Shown: piece after piece, positions 57,625 to 64,000 of the stretch
How positions within the stretch are numbered: position 1 is the stretch's first letter
Layout of the letters: each line of letters opens with the position of its first letter
From: Eledone cirrhosa
Taxonomy: Eukaryota
Reading direction: 5' to 3'
Assembly: GCA_964016885.1 (NCBI GenBank)
Contig: OZ024742.1
Span: 224,006,001 to 224,070,000, forward strand
Length of the DNA stretch: 64,000 nt
The notes under the pieces: model-generated
The model's input: the letters and a program-made list of their open reading frames with translations, nothing else
Database searches by the model: none
Told to the model about the DNA's origin: nothing
Program-made: the position numbers and the translations under genes

Positions 57625-58103
57625 AATAATTGTTTCTACTTTAGGCACAAGGCCAGCAATTACCCAGTGCATTACTGGTACTTTATTTTATCGACTCCGT
57701 AAGGATGAAAGGCAAAGTTAACCTCGGCGGGATTTGAACTCAGATCGTAAAGGGACGTAACTATGCTGGAAAGCATGGCGTCCAACCCTCTACCGATGTG
57801 GTTATTAGCAACGGTGTGGATGAGTGGGGGCCTTTAGGATCTCGTGGTGGTTGTGGTGGTGGAGGTTGTAGGGTCATTATAAAATGGTGGATATGGAATT
57901 GGTGTTTGGGGAGGTGGTGGTGGGTGGTGAGAAAGGTTGTTGGAGTGGGGATATATTAACGGCGGTTGTGATTGGCGTAGCCTTCACCAGGCTGAGTAAA
58001 TAGTTGTTTCTACTTTTGGTACAAGGCCAGCAATTATCCCAGTACGTTACTGGTACTTTATTTTATCGACCCCGTAGTGATGAAAGGCAAAGTTAACCTC
58101 GGC
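57625..58103 (-). mobile_element. Two Nin-like SINE copies (57625-57797, 57998-58103)
   Basis: Diagnostic core and tail. Confidence 0.85.
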
Positions 58104-58225
58104 GCTGATACTGGAGTGGGTGTTATATATATATATATATATATATATATACTCCAGATCCCACTTATGTCAATAAGGACATATATAAGTGGGATCTGGA
58201 GTCTTCAAACCAGTGAGCCGGGTAG

Positions 58226-58900
58226 ATGGAACTCGTCAGCTTAGGAGGGCAGGAAACGCGGCTCTCAGATACCCTCCGCGAGAGAGAGTATACCTTTTTC
58301 TGTCAGGAGAAAGGGATAGATGAAGTTCGAGATCACGGTGTCGGCTTTGCCGTGATGAACTCACTGTTGAGGATCGTGAAACTCAGTAACGACGGTTCAG
58401 AGCGGATCCTCTTGCTCCGATTTCACACTTCAGATGAGCCTGTCAACCTTGTCAGTACTTATGCTCCAGCCCTCTATTCCACACAAGACGATAAGGATAA
58501 CTTTATGATCAGCTCTCAAGAAAAATACAGGCGATCTAAAATGAGGAACAGCTGGTGCTACTTGGCGACTTCAATGTCAGACGGGAGCTGACAACGATTC
58601 CTGAACAAGATGTCTGGGACGGTACGGGGTCGGTAACATGAATGATAATGGGCAACGGGTGCTTGAGCTCTGTATGGTCCATGGAGTATGTGTTACCAAC
58701 ACCTTCTACGAGGCCAAAGCTCAGCACAAGGTTTCCTGGCGTCATCCTCACTCAGGGCACTGGCACCAGCTAGATATGATCCTCACAAGACGCAACCACC
58801 TGGGAGACGCTCCTGACTCGGCCTCTTCAGGGTGCTGACTGTGACAGGGATCACTCCCTGGTTTGCTGCAATCTCAAACTCCAACCAAAAATAATGCACT
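58226..58900 (+). pseudogene. RTE-clade LINE apurinic-like endonuclease fragment (frameshifted)
   Basis: QETRL, YTFF, HGVGFAV, YAP, LGDFN, N.NGQR.LELC, TNTF, KVSWRHP.S.HWHQLD.IL and ADCD.DH motifs. Confidence 0.9.
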
Positions 58901-59639
58901 ACGCCAGGGTTTTCCAAACTTTTTTCAAACGCGGAACCCTTTTGGTTTAGAAACCCTAAAGTCTAATACTGTTATATGGTCGTAATATAAATATTCTCCT
59001 CTACCTTTTTTCACGGATCCCCGCATTTCTCCATCGATCCGGCCTGACTCTGGAATTGATAGCTCATCAGATTTGTGGACAAGTCTGACGAGTTGATCGA
59101 TGGCGAAACATGATTCACAGATGAATGAAAATGTACAAGATGCTAAATCCATACTTCGTTCCCGCTTACTTGTGGTAAGTGCGTCTGGCGGTGGTGGTAG
59201 TGGAGGTAATGATTATAGTGGTAGAATGAGATGATGCGGAATGATGTGGAGGAGCAGTTGGTGGTGGTGGTGGTGGTGGTGGTGGTGGTGATTGGTTATG
59301 ATGTGGGGTTACGGTGTGTTGTTGAAGATATCTACAAATAACTCTTTAACCTCTTCAACAAAGTAGATCTCTCTTTCTTTCTCACTCTTCTCTCATCCCC
59401 TCACCCTCTCACACTCTCACCCTCCCACTCATTCACACACTCACACTCTCGCCCACACCCTCTCTCCCTCTTATCCTCTCACACATGCTGTTAAATCTAG
59501 TCAATGAGAAGTACGATAACAACTCTCGTATTGTTTAGGTGTTATTAGATCTCAGCAAATTATGGAAATTCTAGATCTAGCAATAATTTTTAGGGGATAA
59601 ATCTATTAATATAACTTTCAGTGTGAGTTATGGTAACGA

Positions 59640-59965
59640 CTTCTACTATAGGCACAAGGCCAGCAATTTTGGGGGAGGGAAAAGTCGATTAAATCGACTC
59701 CAGTGCATTACTGGTACTTTATTTTATCGACCTCGTAAGGATGAAAAGCAAAGTTAACCTCGGCTTCTAATGTAGGCACAAGGCAAGCATTACTTTTTTG
59801 GTGGAAGAGTCATTTATGTCGGCCCCAGTTCTTGACTGGTACTTTATTTTATTTATCAGGGAAGGATGAAAGGTGAAGTAAAGTTGACCTCGGCAGGATT
59901 TAAACTCAGAGAACCGCAGATCAACTGTTGACGAAACATTTTGATCGACTCCCTAATGATTCTGC
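59640..59965 (-). mobile_element. Two Nin-like SINE fragments
   Basis: Diagnostic core. Confidence 0.75.
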
Positions 59966-61479
59966 TAATCTAATGCCAATGTAATATAAAAATATAGTAA
60001 TAGGTGTGTGTGTGTTTGCTGGATCACCACCAGTTTAGACGATGAGTGTTTGAGTTGTTTGGTATAATAGAGTGCCTTGTTGGAGACAGTTCCGTTCTTC
60101 CAAAACCTGGAACACAAACAACCACACATACACACACACAACCACACAACCGCACATACACACACACAACCACACACACATACATACATATATAGATATA
60201 TATTTATATATATATATATACATAAACACCCACATACCCAAACATACTGTCAGACATGCTAAGACTGGTTAGCGCCATCAAAACCACCGCCACCTCTAAA
60301 ATAGAGCAGTGATTCTTAAACGGGAGTCACTTGACTTCCCATGGAGAATTTCAAATCCCATGGGAGGAAACTAATATCACTATACCCAATTTTATGGATG
60401 ATTATGAATTAACAGTTAACAAAATAACTGCTTCTTTTGATTTAATCCCGTCTGGAACTATAAAGCAATTGAGATTTATAAAATTTGCTCGTGTTAATAT
60501 GGTGCTCGGGTGAAAAATGACTAGATGACGTTCAAAATAGGAGAGAAATTGAGGAAACCTGTGACTGCAAGGAGAGGATATGATTTGTGTCTCTGAGAAC
60601 CACTGGACTATACAGTTATTAGGTTTTGAATAGCTTGGTGCTTGAGTGAAAAAAAAGAGGCTATGTAGCCGGTAAGAGTGTTAGACACCACGAGTTACGG
60701 CCCGAGTTAAGACAATTGATAAGATAATTTGAAATCGTTTCCACCATCAATTGTTAAAAAAATAGTTTAAATCATTTAGTCATCCATTCGTAACGTACGT
60801 TACGATTTATTTACATACACACACATCTACACGTAAATACATAAATAGATACAGACAACAGAAAGAAGGGGCTGGTGAAACGCTATAGCGATGTGTGTTG
60901 TGTCCCTTTAGGGTTTACCGGCTACATAGACAATTCGAAAAAAATTATTGGATAACAATTCAAAATAGGGAAGAAATTTAGAAAAGCCGAGATTGCAAAG
61001 AGAGGAATGTGACCTGAGTTTCCGAGAACCACCGAGTTAGAGAGAACAGAATACTGTGATAACCCCATAAGAAACAAAAAGAATCGTGACTTATCAGACG
61101 ACACACTTACGGAAATTCGACAAAGAAAGAAGGGTAGCGGATATGCAGCAGACGACTTTTAAGATATGTAATTATTAAGCTTAAATTTGGAGGTGAAAAG
61201 AAAGCGAAGCAGAATTTTTGAATGAATGTAAGGTGTGGGTGGGGAGTGAGCATAGATAGAGAGACAGGCGATATCACGTGAGGTAATGGTCTGTGAACCA
61301 TGTCAGAGGAAATGGACTGAATCCCCCCCTCATCTTTTTTATTCTTTGCCCTTTCTTTCTTCCTTCTCTCCTTTCTTTCTTTTTTTTTCTTTTATTAATT
61401 TTTAGCAGACATTTTTGACGACAGCACGTTCTTTCTTTGCTTTGATCATCAACTCAGTGTAATTACTGTGGAACAGAGC

Positions 61480-62224
61480 AGAGATAGATAGATAGATAAA
61501 TAGATAGATAGATATATATATATATATATATATAGATAGATAGAGAGATAGATAGAGAGATAGATAGAGAGAGAGATAGATAGAGAGATAGATAGAGAGA
61601 TAGAGAGATAAAGTGGAAGGATAGATATAGCGAGTGTCAGAAAGGGATATATATATATATATATATGATGGATAAAGGCAGCAAGAGTCAGAGAGGGAGA
61701 GATAGACAGACAGACAGACAAATAGATAGATAGAGAACAGAGGGGAAGGGAGAGAGAGAGAGACAGACACACATATACAGGGAGAGAAGTTTACAAGATA
61801 TAGAGATCAAAGTGGAGAGAGAGAGGGAGGAAGAGAGGGAGATAGATAGATAGATAGATAAAGATAGGGAGATAGAGAGATAGAGAGATAGAGAGAAAGA
61901 GAGGGACGAGAGAGGGAAAGATAGATAGAGAGAAAGAGAGGGGCGAGAGAGAGAGAGAATGAGAAAGATAGGAGAGAGACAAGGAGAGAGAGAAGGAGAG
62001 CTAGAGAGAGAGAAAGAGAGAGAGGGGGGGGGCAGTAAGATTAAAGGCTGAAGGTATGAAGAAAGAGCAATGAGAGGAGAATTAGTTGATGTTGATCATA
62101 ATACAGTCGTTTGGTGATTGTTTAAGTTGGACTGTTTGATGTGAAGATTGTTTTGGTGTGGACATCTAGAGGCTATATATATATATATAGGAACAGAGAG
62201 AGAAGGAGACAGGGAGATAGAGAG

Positions 62225-62281
<57 letters not shown>

Positions 62282-62295
62282 TAGAGAGAGAGATA

Positions 62296-62360
<65 letters not shown>

Positions 62361-62470
62361 CCACAGTTTGTTTTAATGTGGATAACTAGATGTGAGAGAG
62401 ATAAATGTGTAGGCAGACAAACAGACAAACAGACAGATAGATAGATAGATCGATAGATAATAGATAGAAA
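61480..62470. repeat. (GA)n/(GATA)n microsatellite field
   Basis: Visible. Confidence 0.9.
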
Positions 62471-62480
62471 GTATATATAT

Positions 62481-62871
62481 ATAATTGTTTCTACTTTAGG
62501 CACACGGCCAGCAATTACCCAGTGCATTACTGGTACTTTATTTTATCGACCCTGTAAGGATGAAAGGCAAAGTCAACCTCGGCGGGATTTTAACTCAGAT
62601 CGTAAAGGGACGTAACTATGCTGGAAAGCATGGCGTCCGACCCTCTACCGAAACTGCCAATCCACCGCCCTATATATATATATAATTGTTTCTACTTTTG
62701 GCACAAGGCCAGCAATTACCCAGTACACTACTGGTACTTTATTTTATCGACCCCGTAAGGATGAAAGGCAAAGTTAACCTCGACGGGATTTGAACTCAAA
62801 CCGTAAAGGGACGTAACTATGCTAGAAAGCATGGCGTCCAACCCTCTACCGATACTGCCAATTCACCGCCC
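62481..62871 (-). mobile_element. Two full-length tandem Nin-like SINEs separated by (TA)n
   Basis: 62481-62670 and 62682-62871, each running ataattgtttctac...ccaccgccc or tcaccgccc. Confidence 0.92.
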
Positions 62872-62933
62872 TCTATATATATATAATAGTGACGAAACAT
62901 AAGTCAATTGCATGAACTCATAATCCTTTATTT

Positions 62934-62989
62934 ACTGCTATATATATTTCGATGATAGCCATTGAATGGCTATGACCTCATCAGGCAGT
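62934..62989 (-). ncRNA. Type I hammerhead ribozyme, fully canonical minimal fold
   Basis: actgc-CTGATGA-ggtcatagccat/atggctatcatc-GAAAT-atat-ATA-gcagt, then AATAAA; G10.1-C11.1 pair present. Confidence 0.88.
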
Positions 62990-63158
62990 TAGTCAGTTCT
63001 TAGATATGTCAGCTCTGTGTTTATAGTGTTGATGGTATCAGACCCTTGGGACATATGAGCTTGTTAGGAATAATTTAATGTTGTCAGCAGGAATAGTCTT
63101 AATTCTCATTGGTCAGTTTGCAGATGCTAGTAGGGTTGAAATAGCTCCTTCAAGAGTC

Positions 63159-64000
63159 ACTGAGGCTAGGATATAATGTGTTGTGTAGTTTTAAAACTGA
63201 GGCTAGGATATAATGTGTTGTGTAGTTTTAAAACTGAGGCTAGGATATAATGTGATGTGTAGTTTTAAAACTGAGGCTAGGATATAATGTGTTGTGTAGT
63301 TTTAAAACTGAGGCTAGGATATAATGTGTTGTGTAGTTTTAAAACTGAGGCTAGGATATAATGTACAGTGTAGTTTTAAAACTGAGGCTAGGATATAATG
63401 TGTTGTGTAGTTTTAAAACTGAGGCTAGGATATAATGTGTTGTGTAGTTTTAAAACTGAGGCTAGGATATAATGTGTTGTGTAGTTTTAAAACTGAGGCT
63501 AGGATATAATGTACAGTGTAGTTTTAAAACTGAGGCTAGGATATAATGTGTTGTGTAGTTTTAAAACTGAGGCTAGGATATAATGTGATGTGTAGTTTTA
63601 AAACTGAGGCTATGATACAATGTACAGTGTAGTTTTAAAACTGAGGCTAGGATATAATGTGATGTGTAGTTTTAAAACTGAGGCTAAGATACAATGTACA
63701 GTGTAGTTTTAAAACTGAGGCTAGGATATAATGTGATGTGTAGTTTTAAAACTGAGGCTAGGATATAATGTACAGTGTAGTTTTAAAACTGAGGCTAGGA
63801 TATAATGTGATGTGTAGTTTTAAAACTGAGGCTAGGATATAATGTACAGTGTAGTTTTAAAACTGAGGCTAGGATATAATGTACAGTGTAGTTTTAAAAC
63901 TGAGGCTAGGATATAATGTACAGTGTAGTTTTAAAACTGAGGCTAGGATATAATGTACAGTGTAGTTTTAAAACTGAGGCTAGGATATAATGTGATGTGT
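63159..64000. repeat. 37-bp satellite, at least 22 copies, runs off the window end
   Basis: Unit actgaggctaggatataatgtgttgtgtagttttaaa with gtt/gat/aca variants. Confidence 0.97.

Noticed and set aside
60855-60905. Hammerhead-like GAAAC-gctatagc-GAT
   Set aside because: No CUGANGA core and no NUH triplet; too decayed to call

Overview
Eukaryotic, repeat-saturated genomic DNA, most likely from an octopus or other coleoid cephalopod (inferred from the SINE families and extreme microsatellite load, not proven). No intact protein-coding gene is recognisable, and nearly all ORFs in the track are microsatellite translations. Recognisable mobile elements: about 25 copies of a tRNA-derived Nin-domain-like SINE, other tRNA-SINE heads, decayed RTE and CRE-like non-LTR retrotransposons, a decayed Helitron (PIF1 helicase plus CTAG end) and MITEs. 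Tandem arrays have units of 94, 37 and 33 bp, plus a 4.2-kb AAA(GAC)n(CAC)n array. The main unexplained structure is a dense set of type I hammerhead-ribozyme (HHR) motifs: about 8 with the full fold, and further truncated or decayed ones. They come from several unrelated sequence families, sit next to (TA)n tracts, and often lie inside near-perfect fold-back inversions with arms of 18 to about 900 bp. This architecture fits non-autonomous Penelope-like (PLE) or retrozyme-type elements. Several HHRs share covarying stems and an invariant C-C mismatch at position 4 of stem II. The 94-bp satellite appears to have grown out of an in-frame 93-bp repeat in a candidate terminal exon.
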